DNA from: Escherichia phage Ec_Makalu_003
Sequence record: MN882349.1
Direction: 5' to 3' (one strand)
DNA: 64,000 nt
Below the pieces are notes generated by a model. It made no database searches. It had not been told where the DNA came from and was given only the letters and a program-made list of their open reading frames with translations. Below are positions 44,703 through 55,576 of the stretch, one piece after another. Made by a program: the position numbers and the translations under genes. How positions within the stretch are numbered: the stretch's first letter is position 1; each line of letters opens with the position of its first letter.

Positions 44703-47700
44703 ATGGCAGATTTTTCTCAACATTTCAAGGCCACATTTGGCTTTGACGCTGGTAATGAAAAGGTCGTCAATGTAGCATTGGCTGATAAGAATGTCAACAC
44801 CGATGCGGTCAACGTTGAATTTTTCAATTACCATAATGGTATTACTCAGTATGACACAACTCGCGGTTATGATCAATACGGAACTACAATCTATCAAAAC
44901 CGTCCGTATTATGCAAAAGAAGATATCACAAAGCCAGCAGGTGATTTTGACCCGACTAAATGGCAAGCACTGCGCACGGACCCACGTTGGGATTATATTG
45001 CAGCAACTTCCGGTGATACTCCTTTACAGTCTGGTGATTATATCGCAGCAGATGGTCAATTTGCAAACTTGACTTTCTCTATGCCATCTAAACCAGCAGA
45101 GGGGGACACTATAACAGTAAAAGATATCGGTGGCAAGTGTGGTGTTAACGAATTATCGTTCTTGAGTTCAGGACATGAGTTTTATCATAACGGTAATGTG
45201 TATAACCGAAAATGGTATTGCACTACCCCGTATGCAATGAACTATTTCATCTTTGTTCGTAATCGTTGGCATGTTTATCAGACAGGAACAGAGCCACGCG
45301 GTGTGTACGCACAGCCAGCGATTGATGCTATTCAAATGCAGAATGGTGATCAGGTATTTCGTCGTAGTTCTTTGGGTAATATTACCTTAGTGCTTCCTAA
45401 GTTTGCCAACAATGGCGACATGATCCAGACTACAGACCTTGACGGATTAACCGCAACCAACCACGTTACGGTTAAAGTTCATGAGCACGCAGAAGAACAA
45501 TCAATTGGCACGTCCGGTCTAAAAGAGATTATCGGTAAGCGTAGCGGTCATGGTGTATTCATCTTTGACAAGACGGAAAACTTATGGCGTTTGTGGGATG
45601 GTGATCAGTCTGTTCGTCTTAAACCGATCATCGATGACACTCGCTTGCAACCTAATAGCTATGTTGCCGTATTTGGTGATCGTGATGTTACTCTGACGCT
45701 GCCGACCAATGTCGAGCCGGGTGATCGTATTCAAGTTTCTATGCAGTATATGCACGGAAACCAGAATTGCCGTATTATCACCGCCACAGAGGATACAAAA
45801 ATCCTCATGTCGAAAAACATGGTTCAGTTTCCGAAGCGTAGCGAGTACCCATTCAACGGGACCGACACATGGAAGGAAGTGTCTGAATTGTCGTTCAATG
45901 CGGCTAGTGATTATGTACCTTATCTGGAGTTCTCTTATTCAGAAGGTGATGATGGTAAGAAACATTGGCTGGTAGCACACTCTCATCCGATCGTCGAACG
46001 AGTAGACCCTACTCGTAAAGATCGTGTTGGTGTCATTGCACTGGCTACCCAGACTGAAACGAATAAAAACCATGAAGAGAATCCTAGCGACGAAGTTGCC
46101 GTAACACCAAAAATGCTGGCTAATAAAACAGCCAACGAAACTCGACGCGGTATTGCTCGTATTGCTACTCAGGCGGAAACGCATCAAGATACTGGTTCCA
46201 GCTTCCTGGATGATGTTATCGTTACACCTAAAAAGTTAAATGACTGTGTTGCTACCGAAGCCCGTCGTGGTGTGATGGAAATTGCAACCCAGCACGAAAC
46301 CAATGAAGGTTTAGACGATACACGCGCTATTACTCCTAAGAAATTAGAAGAACGTCGCGCTTCCGAAGACCTCGCTGGTATTGCTGAAATTGTTCAGGTA
46401 GGCGGTCGTGCTGCCGCTCGACGTGGTGAAGCTGGTACAGGGATCTATAACATCAATGACCATGCTAAAATTGTTACACCACAAAACATCAACGAGGTCA
46501 AGGCGACCGAAACTTCCCGTGGTGTTGGCTATCTGGCAACTGACGCGGAAGTGCAAGGGGCTACAGAATCAACCCCGCAAGATGCTTTACTAATCACGAC
46601 TCGCACGCTAACGAAACGTACTGCTACCGAATCGCGCACTGGTATCGCTGAAATTGCAACTCAGGAAGAAACAAACTTAGGTCAAAGTGATAACCATATC
46701 ATCACGCCTAAAAAGCTGCATACTCGCCGTGCGACGGAAACTCTACACGGTTTAGCAGAAATTGCAACTCAGCCGGAATTTGACGCAGGTCTTGACGATG
46801 CTCGCATTTCTACCCCATTGAAGATTAAAACCTTCTTTGAGAATGCACAGCGTTTGAAAGTAGATCCGACTCAGGGGCTTAACCTTACTGGTGATTTGTG
46901 GCAAGGTATCATGATCAGCGGTCTGGACGCAACCGAAGACACAAAAGGTGTCGCTAAAGTTGCTACTACTCAGCTTACTGACGCTGGTCAAGATGATACT
47001 ACAATCATCACGCCTAAAAAGCTGCAAGGCAAAAAGGCCACCGAAGGTAAAGAAGGTATTATCCGAGTTGGTACTCAAGCCGAAACCGTGGCTGGTACAC
47101 TGGCTAATGTAGCAATTTCTCCGAAGAACTTCAAATATGTTGTTCAGACAGAGGATACATGGAAAGCAACCGAAGCTCGTCGTGGTTTCTTGAAAGTTGC
47201 TACTCAGGAAAACTGTTTTGTTGGTGACAATCTGCAAGGTTCTACTCAAGAACTAGGAAACTATCAGCATGACGGAATTGCTGTTACTCCGAAAGGATTA
47301 AACTACGCACTTGCTAATTTCTTGCCTAAGATGGCAACCGCTCAGAATAGTTTGAAATTGGGTAACGTAGAGGCCGCTAAATGGGCGCGTAGAGACATTG
47401 ACCAGACCATAGAGAGCAATTACACGTTTAATAAAAACGTTAACGTGAAGGGCGATTTAGAGTGCTTAAAATCAGGTTCCTTTGAAACTCTGTATGTGAC
47501 TAAGAACTCTACTGATGATCCGAGTAATGGTCATCTGGTGTTGGGTGAGCGTGGAGTTGACGGTCACACCGGAATTACTCTGCATGGCACAACCGCATCG
47601 GAAGGCATGAAAAACTCCTGGTCTATTATCGTTGGTGGTACTGGAACGGCGCAAGCAGTTAATAGTGGCGCTATCGCTTTCGGTCAAATCAATGATGGTG

Positions 47701-48443
47701 GAGTCGTCGAGCATTACGCCTTTGCTATGGAACACAATGGCGACGCGACAGCATATAGAGACTTTATTGCAGGTCGTAACCTGTATGCGAAACAAGGCGG
47801 TTTATACATTGTTGACCAGTCTAATCCGGCAATGACTCGTTCCCCAGATGGTATGCTGAATATCGGTCACGGTGGAAGTGTTAACATCAAGGCAGGTTCT
47901 CAAACGTTAACTACAGAGATCGCCGGACAGAAATATCAGATCGTACACGCAGGAAACGCCGACGAAGTTCTTAACCGTCGGTTTGTTAAGAATGCTGGCG
48001 ATACAATGGTCGGTAAGCTGACTATGGATAATGCGCCTATTGTTTCTGTTAAACATGAAGCTAGCGCGGCAACCGCTCCGGCAATTGGTAACATCGGTTT
48101 CTGGAATATGCGAGTTACTACCCAGAACATCAAAGAAACTTATCCAGAGAAGAAAAACGGTACTCTGATGCAATGGGGTACTGACGCGGACGGGCTTACC
48201 CAGCTTTGGTCCCCTGATGGTACTCATAAACATTATATCCGTTCCGGTACTGGTGGTCAATGGACCGCATGGGGTGAAATTTACACCAAACAGAATAAGC
48301 CTACCGCTCAGGAAATCGGGGCAGTAGTTGCAGAAGGTGGTTTAATGAACTCTATGACGGTGCGTGACTGGATCAAGGTTGGTAATGTTAAAATCATCGC
48401 CAATAATCTGACTCGTACCGTAGATTTTATCTGGGAAGACTAA
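44703..48443 (+). CDS. 34: long tail fiber proximal subunit gp34
   Basis: 1246 aa; repeated IATQxET...TPKKL fibre repeats in the central region. Confidence 0.85.
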   Translation: MADFSQHFKATFGFDAGNEKVVNVALADKNVNTDAVNVEFFNYHNGITQYDTTRGYDQYGTTIYQNRPYYAKEDITKPAGDFDPTKWQALRTDPRWDYIAATSGDTPLQSGDYIAADGQFANLTFSMPSKPAEGDTITVKDIGGKCGVNELSFLSSGHEFYHNGNVYNRKWYCTTPYAMNYFIFVRNRWHVYQTGTEPRGVYAQPAIDAIQMQNGDQVFRRSSLGNITLVLPKFANNGDMIQTTDLDGLTATNHVTVKVHEHAEEQSIGTSGLKEIIGKRSGHGVFIFDKTENLWRLWDGDQSVRLKPIIDDTRLQPNSYVAVFGDRDVTLTLPTNVEPGDRIQVSMQYMHGNQNCRIITATEDTKILMSKNMVQFPKRSEYPFNGTDTWKEVSELSFNAASDYVPYLEFSYSEGDDGKKHWLVAHSHPIVERVDPTRKDRVGVIALATQTETNKNHEENPSDEVAVTPKMLANKTANETRRGIARIATQAETHQDTGSSFLDDVIVTPKKLNDCVATEARRGVMEIATQHETNEGLDDTRAITPKKLEERRASEDLAGIAEIVQVGGRAAARRGEAGTGIYNINDHAKIVTPQNINEVKATETSRGVGYLATDAEVQGATESTPQDALLITTRTLTKRTATESRTGIAEIATQEETNLGQSDNHIITPKKLHTRRATETLHGLAEIATQPEFDAGLDDARISTPLKIKTFFENAQRLKVDPTQGLNLTGDLWQGIMISGLDATEDTKGVAKVATTQLTDAGQDDTTIITPKKLQGKKATEGKEGIIRVGTQAETVAGTLANVAISPKNFKYVVQTEDTWKATEARRGFLKVATQENCFVGDNLQGSTQELGNYQHDGIAVTPKGLNYALANFLPKMATAQNSLKLGNVEAAKWARRDIDQTIESNYTFNKNVNVKGDLECLKSGSFETLYVTKNSTDDPSNGHLVLGERGVDGHTGITLHGTTASEGMKNSWSIIVGGTGTAQAVNSGAIAFGQINDGGVVEHYAFAMEHNGDATAYRDFIAGRNLYAKQGGLYIVDQSNPAMTRSPDGMLNIGHGGSVNIKAGSQTLTTEIAGQKYQIVHAGNADEVLNRRFVKNAGDTMVGKLTMDNAPIVSVKHEASAATAPAIGNIGFWNMRVTTQNIKETYPEKKNGTLMQWGTDADGLTQLWSPDGTHKHYIRSGTGGQWTAWGEIYTKQNKPTAQEIGAVVAEGGLMNSMTVRDWIKVGNVKIIANNLTRTVDFIWED

Positions 48444-48448
48444 TTAAA

Positions 48449-48464
48449 GGGGGCGAAAGCCCCC
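48449..48464 (+). other. GC hairpin with GAAA tetraloop between genes 34 and 35
   Basis: gggggcgaaagccccc; no T-run, so likely an RNA structure rather than a strong terminator. Confidence 0.4.
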
Positions 48465-48476
48465 TATGGGGTTATT

Positions 48477-49616
48477 ATGACACAAGATATAGAATTACGC
48501 AACACTGGAATTAGGTTTGCGCATTTCGATGAGGACTCCGCGACATTTACCAGCATTTCAGAAAACAACTCTGTGATGTATAAGCTGGAAGTGCGCGGAT
48601 CTAATGCGGATTCTACCAAACCAGCAAGGATTAGATTTAATGGAGTGGAGATCGTTGGCACTGGCTATGAAAATGGCCTAAATTTTAAAGTTCTTACTCC
48701 AACTGGACAACTACACGAAGAAAAGGTATTCTATGGTCGCGGTGCTGTTTTGGCAATGCGTGATTATCTTTCTTTGCTGAAAGGTGACTATATCATTGCG
48801 ATGGCAACGCATGGAGAATTGTTTGCAGATCCGGTAAGTGATGTTGTATTTTCTAAGCTGGGATCTGTATCATTCCCGAATCACATTTTGTTACAGCAAA
48901 TGCCTCGTGTATCCTATGCAGCAATTTATTCTACGAAAATGGGTAAAATTGTGTGCGAAGGTATGCAAGCGACCCACGGGGAAGGACAAGATTCATCTAT
49001 ACAAATTGAGAAAGTCTATGATACTATAGATGATCTTGCTATAACAGGAACACCACAACGATTTTTAGATTATCCGGTTGAGTATGTTAGCGAAGATGCC
49101 GAACATTTCGAGCTAATACAATGGCCTCATGATGAGATCAGCTCACCACTTGAAGATTTTAACATAAAGGCAGGTGACAAACTATCAATATCTTTTGAAT
49201 TGTTCCGTGATAGTGCCGCAGCCGCAGCCAACGTAACAGCGCGTTTCTATCACAACTACTTCACCGATGGACAATATCAAACTGGTGTTCGATACAATGC
49301 CAGCAAAAAAGACCAATGGGAAAAGTTTGAAGCCGTCTATACCGTACCGGAAGGAGTTGATAGTGTAGTAACTGGTTGTATCAGATATCCAACCAACTCC
49401 AATGAAGGTATTGTTAAAATTAGAAACATACTAATAACGCCGATCAGTGGAGTCGTCAAAACTACTGGTCCTACTTCATTTGGCGTTAATGGTGTTAGAA
49501 CAACTCATATTCAGGATAACGGTGATTTTACTAACCCTGTAATGAGTCTTCTTAAACTACCTAGAGATAATAAACACATCACATCCAACAACTTTAAAGA
49601 GTTCGATGTTGATTAA
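48477..49616 (+). CDS. 35: long tail fiber hinge protein gp35 (by position and size)
   Basis: 379 aa after gp34. Confidence 0.7.
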   Translation: MTQDIELRNTGIRFAHFDEDSATFTSISENNSVMYKLEVRGSNADSTKPARIRFNGVEIVGTGYENGLNFKVLTPTGQLHEEKVFYGRGAVLAMRDYLSLLKGDYIIAMATHGELFADPVSDVVFSKLGSVSFPNHILLQQMPRVSYAAIYSTKMGKIVCEGMQATHGEGQDSSIQIEKVYDTIDDLAITGTPQRFLDYPVEYVSEDAEHFELIQWPHDEISSPLEDFNIKAGDKLSISFELFRDSAAAAANVTARFYHNYFTDGQYQTGVRYNASKKDQWEKFEAVYTVPEGVDSVVTGCIRYPTNSNEGIVKIRNILITPISGVVKTTGPTSFGVNGVRTTHIQDNGDFTNPVMSLLKLPRDNKHITSNNFKEFDVD

Positions 49617-49627
49617 CATTTTTAACA

Positions 49628-49656
49628 AGCCGATCCATGTGGTCGGCTTTATTTTT
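49628..49656 (+). terminator. rho-independent terminator after gene 35
   Basis: agccgatcc..ggtcggct hairpin followed by TTTATTTTT. Confidence 0.55.
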
Positions 49657-49777
49657 ATACAGTTGGTTAAATTGTAACCAAAACGAAGAAAGATCTTTAG
49701 AATAATAGAAAATTTGTTTCGGTTAAAAATTAGACAGTGCCGTAGGCACGTCGCGAAGCGATATTTTGTTAACATTC

Positions 49778-49785
49778 TATAAATA
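49778..49785 (+). promoter_or_regulatory. T4-type late promoter TATAAATA upstream of gene 36
   Basis: exact TATAAATA about 35 nt before the gp36 ATG. Confidence 0.55.
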
Positions 49786-49818
49786 CTCGGAACTATAACT
49801 AATTTTTGAGGTTACTTT

Positions 49819-51309
49819 ATGGCAGATTTGAAATATGGATCTACTGTAGGTGGATCTCCCATTTGGACGCAAGGAAACTTGACGATCCAGCCAGCGGGGG
49901 ATCAGCTTTTCTACAAAGGTCATAAAATCTATACCGCTTTTGATAGACCTTCGGCTACCGATTTTGATGCTGTTAGTGCATCCGAAGGTGGCACATTTCA
50001 AAAGCAAGTTCATTTCGAGGAAGGTTTAAGCGTAGGTAGCGCATCGGCTGGAGAAACCAAAAAGAATGGTATCTTTAAAGGTCAGAGTGACGCTGCTAAT
50101 TTTGACGGCGTAAGCTGGGGTTTGCATTCATGGAAGTCAATCGGCTTTGTTAATGCCCGTGATGGCGTTATTATGGCGTATATTGACACCACAACGGGCG
50201 AATTTAAGTCTAAAGGGACTATCGAAGGGACAACCATTAAAGACACAGGTCAACGCGTCTATAGCCCTGTTAATAAACCAACGAATAATGATTTAGATTT
50301 GGTGTCTCGTCGCGGTGATACCCTCACAGGAACATATAATTTAAACACTGTCACTGTTAAACTATCGGTTGATTCGAAATTAATTGCAAGGGAACGTGAT
50401 TTAATTAATTTTGATGCGACTAAGATCTATTATGGTAACGTTCTTGATACGTTGGTATTCCGAAGTAAAGATGAGCCTACCATTTTTGTTAATGGCAAAG
50501 AAGGTCGTTTTTATCACACCAACAATAAACCAACTAAAGCCGATGTGGGACTAGGCAATGTCACCAATGATGCACAGGTTAAACGTGCTGGTGATATTAT
50601 GGAAGGTAACTTGCAAGCGCCTAGAATGTTGGCGACAAACGATCCTGCTGGTCCGAATGAATTGGTTCGTTTGAGCTACTTTGAGAGAAAATCAATGGTA
50701 GCAAATCCAACCATCATAGGAAACGTTGATTGGAACACTCTTATTAATCGCGGTATCTATCGTGTGGAAAATGCGGGATCAGGTACTAATAAACCGTCTG
50801 ATAGCTATTATAACGGCGTTTTGATGGTATACCGACCAGAAGATGCGGTCGGTACTCGTCGAATTGTTCAGGTGTATTATCCTGAATCTATTGACCATCC
50901 GATGTGCTGGCGTTCTTGTTCTAATGAATCGTGGACTGCATGGAACTATGTAGATCACCGTAAATTAGCCGATATTCGCTATGTTAACGTAACTGGTGAT
51001 ACCATGACAGGACCGTTAACTGTTCCGGCTGCAAATGGCGTTAGAACGGCTAGAGGTGCATATAATGGTGATAACTACTATGCTGGGTTAAATAGTGCCG
51101 ATGGCACGGCTATGATTCACCGTATCAGCGATATTAAAGCCACCGAAAAATTGGGGATCACCCACGACTCAAAGGTCGTGTTTTTCCGTTCTAGAAACAA
51201 TACTCAAACCGTGGATCGCTATCAGCTTTATCATGAAGGTAATAAACCTACTCCGGCTGATGTTGGTGCGGTTCCACTTAATGCGGTGATTGATTTTGGT
51301 ACTTTCTAA
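49819..51309 (+). CDS. 36: long tail fiber distal connector gp36 (enlarged)
   Basis: 496 aa in the gp36 slot, versus about 221 aa in T4. Confidence 0.6.
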   Translation: MADLKYGSTVGGSPIWTQGNLTIQPAGDQLFYKGHKIYTAFDRPSATDFDAVSASEGGTFQKQVHFEEGLSVGSASAGETKKNGIFKGQSDAANFDGVSWGLHSWKSIGFVNARDGVIMAYIDTTTGEFKSKGTIEGTTIKDTGQRVYSPVNKPTNNDLDLVSRRGDTLTGTYNLNTVTVKLSVDSKLIARERDLINFDATKIYYGNVLDTLVFRSKDEPTIFVNGKEGRFYHTNNKPTKADVGLGNVTNDAQVKRAGDIMEGNLQAPRMLATNDPAGPNELVRLSYFERKSMVANPTIIGNVDWNTLINRGIYRVENAGSGTNKPSDSYYNGVLMVYRPEDAVGTRRIVQVYYPESIDHPMCWRSCSNESWTAWNYVDHRKLADIRYVNVTGDTMTGPLTVPAANGVRTARGAYNGDNYYAGLNSADGTAMIHRISDIKATEKLGITHDSKVVFFRSRNNTQTVDRYQLYHEGNKPTPADVGAVPLNAVIDFGTF

Positions 51310-51314
51310 TTTTA

Positions 51315-51337
51315 GCGGGGATTCTCTCCCCGCTTTT
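51315..51337 (+). terminator. terminator-like hairpin after gene 36
   Basis: gcgggga-ttctc-tccccgc followed by TTTT. Confidence 0.5.
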
Positions 51338-51379
51338 CTAAATAATATTATTCTAATAACCGTTTAAGGATTTTATAAA

Positions 51380-54322
51380 ATGGCAGATTTAAGCAGAATC
51401 CAATTTAAACGTACTAGCACTAAAGGCCGTCGACCTGATGCTGGTACGATGAATCCGGGGGAATTGGCAATCAACCTTGCGGATCAATATCTTCTTACTA
51501 AAAATGATTCCGGCGCTATTATCAATTTAAGTTGTCCTCCGGTTTATGACCGTGATGTTACAATGGCGGGTAAGGTTAAAGGAAATAATTATATTTTAAG
51601 TAAAACCGCCAATTATCTGGAAGACCAGACAGCGAGAGATCTTAACTACTTTGGTGCTTTCCGTACCAATAGTCTAGATGGACTCATGGATCTAACCCTT
51701 AACGTTCCTCACTCTTCCGGTAAAGCGCATGGTCGAGGATTTACTTTCCGTTATGGGACTGGCGGATCTCGTGTTGAAACCTATGGTTTTGATGTTCAGG
51801 GACAAAAAGCATTTAGTTATAAAATGTATCATGAAGGGGATAAACCGACTCCCTCAGAATTGAACGTTTATAGCAAACAAGAAGTTGACCGTATGTTTGT
51901 TAAAACCGTTAAACTTGCTACAGTTCCTGTTGATATCGTTGACGGTTATTTTAAATTAGCAACTGCATTGATTCCGCAAAACGGTCGTAGTGTATTTTTC
52001 CGTATTCATGGTGGTAACGGATATAACGTTACTGCATACGATCAAGTTGATATTGTAGAAATTGTTATTCGCAGTGGAAATAATCGTCCTAAAGGTGTTA
52101 ACGTTATTGCATACCGCCGAAATACAAACAAAGCATTTGATGTTTTGGCTGTTAATACTTCTGGTGATAACTATGATATCTACGTGAAATATCAGCGTTA
52201 CACTGATAACGTTATTGTTGAATTTGGTAAAAGTGTTGATGTTGATCTGGTGGTTCATGACGTTCCAGACTTTGTTGTTGATCGTCCTGTTGGTGATAAT
52301 GTTATTGGCGGTCGCGCGGTAACTCTTTTTAACACCGAAAACAAACGAGGTGTGTTGAGTTTTGACGATAACACACAAAATAGTTATGATATTGTTCACT
52401 TGAGTAATGATAAAGGTACTGGAAGGAAATATATTCGTAAATTCCGTAGTAACTATAATGAAATGATCTGGCATGAGACGGTTCAAGGTTCCAGTTATCG
52501 ACTCGCCACGGGTAGTACAGATGCTCAGGAAATTATAACTATTGAATCTAGTAGCTCAATTGCTGGAACTCATAAAGGTAATATTATTTCTGGTCGTATG
52601 CTGTTAAATGGCGGATCTAATGCCATTACACTACGCCGACCTGCTGGTCAGTCTAATCATATCGCTTTTCAGGATAACCGCACCGGAGATATTACTCGTC
52701 AAGGATGGATCGGTTATGCAAACGCTGATACTAACGTTTTTGAATGGTATAGTGATGTAGGCGGTAGTTCTATTCGTCAACATATTGACGGCCAGATAGA
52801 ACTTCAAACTGGCAATATGAAGCGAGTTTATACTAACGCTCAATTCATCTCAATGAATAGCGACGCCTACCGTATGCTCTATGGTAATTATGGTGCATTC
52901 TGGCGTAATGACGGCGTTAAAGTTTATCTTCTTTCTACTGCCGAAAATGATAAATTGGGCGGATGGAATACTTATCGTCCATTCATTTATGATTTAACTT
53001 CCGGTAACGTTCAATTAGGTGGTGATGGTAACGAAGATGCATTAACTTTAGAATGTGCTTCTCGTGCCGCTCGCTTTAGTAATGACGTTTACATTAAGAA
53101 AGGGCATTTGACTTTCGATGCTGGTCGATTAAATTCTCGTGATTACTTCCGGTTTAACCATTGGGGTGATAGCAATAACGCCCGTGATAACATCCTACAG
53201 CTTGACGATAGCAAAGGTGCACACTTCACCACTGAACGTACTTTAGCAACTGGTGCGATTAGAACTAAATTCTTCGGTGATTTGGAAGCTGCTGGTCAAA
53301 TTAAATGGGGTAAAGGGACCGCCGCATCTACGTTTACTCTACGTGTATGGGGTAACGATAGTCGTAAACAAATATTTGAATGCGGCGATGAAAGCGGGTG
53401 GCATTGGTATACCCAACGCGCTGGCGGTCCAGATACTTCTGCAATTGAGTTTGCCATCAACGGTACTGTTAAGCCTCAAGCAATTCACACTGGCGGTAAT
53501 ATCACTATCAACGGTGCTGATATTGAGTTTAAACGCACTGGCAATAAGCACATCTGGTTTAGAGACCCGAACGGTTTAGAGTTAGGCTTGATGTACTGCG
53601 ATGATGCTGGTGCTATTCGCTTCCGTGGTCAGAAACAAGCCCAGGCGTGGAAATTTGCAGATAAAATGATCCAGTTGGAATCTGGCACTGTATCCGGTGG
53701 CGGTAATGGCCTGATTCGTGGTGAAGTTGCTGGCGGTAGTTGGGCTAGCTGGCGTGACCGTGCTGCTGGCCTTATGGTTGGGTGTCCTCAATCCGTTGAT
53801 TCGGCACATAACGTATGGAAAGCGACGCATTGGGGTAAATATCATATCGCAGCAATGGGTGTACATGTTCCTAGTGGTACGATTACCAATGCTTTAGCTC
53901 GCCTAAACGTTCATGACGCTAACTTTGACTTTAGCGCCTCCGGTGACCTGTCGGTAGGGCGTAATGGTTCGTTTAACGATGTTTATATTCGTTCTGATGC
54001 TCGCCTTAAAATCAACAAAGAAGAGTATAAAGAGAATGCCACCGATAAAGTTAATCGCTTGACGGTATACACCTATGACAAGGTTAAATCTTTAACCGAC
54101 CGCACTGTCATTGCTCATGAAGTTGGTATTATTGCTCAGGATCTTGAAAAAGAATTGCCGGAAGCAGTAACAACTTCTAAGGTCGGCGATCCTGATAAGC
54201 CAGAAGAGATCTTAACAATTTCTAACTCTGCTGTCAACGCTCTTTTAATTAAGGCGTTTCAGGAAATGAGCGAAGAATTGAAAGTCGTTAAAGCTGAACT
54301 AGCGGAACTTAAAAAGAATTAA
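51380..54322 (+). CDS. 37: long tail fiber distal subunit gp37 with C-terminal intramolecular chaperone domain
   Basis: 980 aa; C-terminal YIRSDARLKINKEEY...TVYTYDK resembles the S74 chaperone/autoprotease domain of phage fibres. Confidence 0.75.
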   Translation: MADLSRIQFKRTSTKGRRPDAGTMNPGELAINLADQYLLTKNDSGAIINLSCPPVYDRDVTMAGKVKGNNYILSKTANYLEDQTARDLNYFGAFRTNSLDGLMDLTLNVPHSSGKAHGRGFTFRYGTGGSRVETYGFDVQGQKAFSYKMYHEGDKPTPSELNVYSKQEVDRMFVKTVKLATVPVDIVDGYFKLATALIPQNGRSVFFRIHGGNGYNVTAYDQVDIVEIVIRSGNNRPKGVNVIAYRRNTNKAFDVLAVNTSGDNYDIYVKYQRYTDNVIVEFGKSVDVDLVVHDVPDFVVDRPVGDNVIGGRAVTLFNTENKRGVLSFDDNTQNSYDIVHLSNDKGTGRKYIRKFRSNYNEMIWHETVQGSSYRLATGSTDAQEIITIESSSSIAGTHKGNIISGRMLLNGGSNAITLRRPAGQSNHIAFQDNRTGDITRQGWIGYANADTNVFEWYSDVGGSSIRQHIDGQIELQTGNMKRVYTNAQFISMNSDAYRMLYGNYGAFWRNDGVKVYLLSTAENDKLGGWNTYRPFIYDLTSGNVQLGGDGNEDALTLECASRAARFSNDVYIKKGHLTFDAGRLNSRDYFRFNHWGDSNNARDNILQLDDSKGAHFTTERTLATGAIRTKFFGDLEAAGQIKWGKGTAASTFTLRVWGNDSRKQIFECGDESGWHWYTQRAGGPDTSAIEFAINGTVKPQAIHTGGNITINGADIEFKRTGNKHIWFRDPNGLELGLMYCDDAGAIRFRGQKQAQAWKFADKMIQLESGTVSGGGNGLIRGEVAGGSWASWRDRAAGLMVGCPQSVDSAHNVWKATHWGKYHIAAMGVHVPSGTITNALARLNVHDANFDFSASGDLSVGRNGSFNDVYIRSDARLKINKEEYKENATDKVNRLTVYTYDKVKSLTDRTVIAHEVGIIAQDLEKELPEAVTTSKVGDPDKPEEILTISNSAVNALLIKAFQEMSEELKVVKAELAELKKN

Positions 54323-54362
54323 GGAAACTCCCAGGGAAGGGAACTACTAAGGAGAAACGGCT

Positions 54363-54602
54363 ATGGTCTATAATATCGTCATTGGTGCTTTGTCTAATTT
54401 CGGAATGAAATTATTGTCAAAGTTAATTAGTGAAAAGATGCTCACTAAAATTTTCTTCTATTGCGCTCGTCGTCTTGCGGCTTATACCAATACGCCAATT
54501 GATGATCGTTTTGTGGAAGAACTTTATAAGGAGTTTAATAAAGATCAGTCAGAAGATAGTAACGAGCAAGATAAACCTAGTGATAGTCAACTACCTAAAT
54601 AA
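54363..54602 (+). CDS. hypothetical protein, 79 aa, in the gene 38 position
   Basis: hydrophobic N-terminal segment, acidic C-terminus; too small to be a gp38 adhesin. Confidence 0.4.
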   Translation: MVYNIVIGALSNFGMKLLSKLISEKMLTKIFFYCARRLAAYTNTPIDDRFVEELYKEFNKDQSEDSNEQDKPSDSQLPK

Positions 54603-54635
54603 GAGTACACTGTCATAGTTATCTTAGGGCATTAT

Positions 54636-55292
54636 ATGCAAGTTTCTGAAAAAGGGAAAGACTTTGCTATCTCAAATGTCCTGCGCGCTATTTTCACAAC
54701 TAAAAGCACGGAGTTGCTCGTACTTCGTGTTTTTGCTGCCGTCGTGTTGTCCATATTAGCATTTGTCGTTTATAGTAAAAACGAGTTATTCGCGCTTTAT
54801 AAAGAGACTCGTTATGAGACTTATGCTCACATTCTCCAGGTAGAGAAAGACCGCAATTTTGATAATGCAGCACAGGAGCAGTTACAGATAGTTCATGTAT
54901 CGGCTGATGCCGATTTTTCTGCTGTTTTTAGTTTTCGTCCGAAAAACCTAAACTATTTTGTTGATTTGGTGGCATATGAAGGAAAGCTACCGCATACAAT
55001 CGATGAAAAAAATTTAGGCGGATTCCCTATCAATAAAACGAGTGAAGAATATCGTAGGCATCTTTTAGGTAAATCATATTTTACCGATAAAGATTTCCAG
55101 TATATTCCATCAAGAGAAAAGAAATTAGAGAATATCGATATAGGTTTCATGTATTCTTGTCCTATATTCAATCTCGATAATGTCTATTCTGGTAGTATCG
55201 CCATTTCATGGAAGAATAAACCGGATATTGACATTGAGAATTTAGATACTCTTTGCAATCAATCTGCCAGAATCCTCGGAAGGATTAGATAA
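54636..55292 (+). CDS. t: holin
   Basis: 218 aa; single N-terminal TMD; LQIVHVSADADFSAVFSFRPKNLNYFVDLVAYEGKLP and MYSCPIFNLDNVY parallel T4 holin T. Confidence 0.85.
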   Translation: MQVSEKGKDFAISNVLRAIFTTKSTELLVLRVFAAVVLSILAFVVYSKNELFALYKETRYETYAHILQVEKDRNFDNAAQEQLQIVHVSADADFSAVFSFRPKNLNYFVDLVAYEGKLPHTIDEKNLGGFPINKTSEEYRRHLLGKSYFTDKDFQYIPSREKKLENIDIGFMYSCPIFNLDNVYSGSIAISWKNKPDIDIENLDTLCNQSARILGRIR

Positions 55293-55298
55293 ATTAAA

Positions 55299-55329
55299 GG
55301 GGAAGCCTTTCGGCCTCCCCTTCTTTTTT
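55299..55329 (+). terminator. rho-independent terminator after t
   Basis: ggggaagcctttcggcctcccc hairpin followed by TTCTTTTTTA. Confidence 0.6.
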
Positions 55330-55576
55330 ATTGGCGCATAGAAGCCCCTGAATCGCATTTTGACGCTGTATGATGAAAACAGGTAGCGTACCAGTCATCG
55401 GCTTGTTTGTCTTCGTCAGAAAACGCGTAATTTCGTTGTATGCCGTTTTCTACTTTGACCAGTGCAATAGCTGTTTCTGGAAGATCAATTAATCTGACAA
55501 AATCACCATCTTCCCACTCTACACGAGCAATATCATAGCCCATCTCAAAGTATACAATCGCTTGTTCTAGTTTCAT
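55328..55576 (-). CDS. hypothetical protein, 82 aa
   Basis: ORF in the t-52 variable block. Confidence 0.45.
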   Translation of the reverse strand: MKLEQAIVYFEMGYDIARVEWEDGDFVRLIDLPETAIALVKVENGIQRNYAFSDEDKQADDWYATCFHHTASKCDSGASMRQ

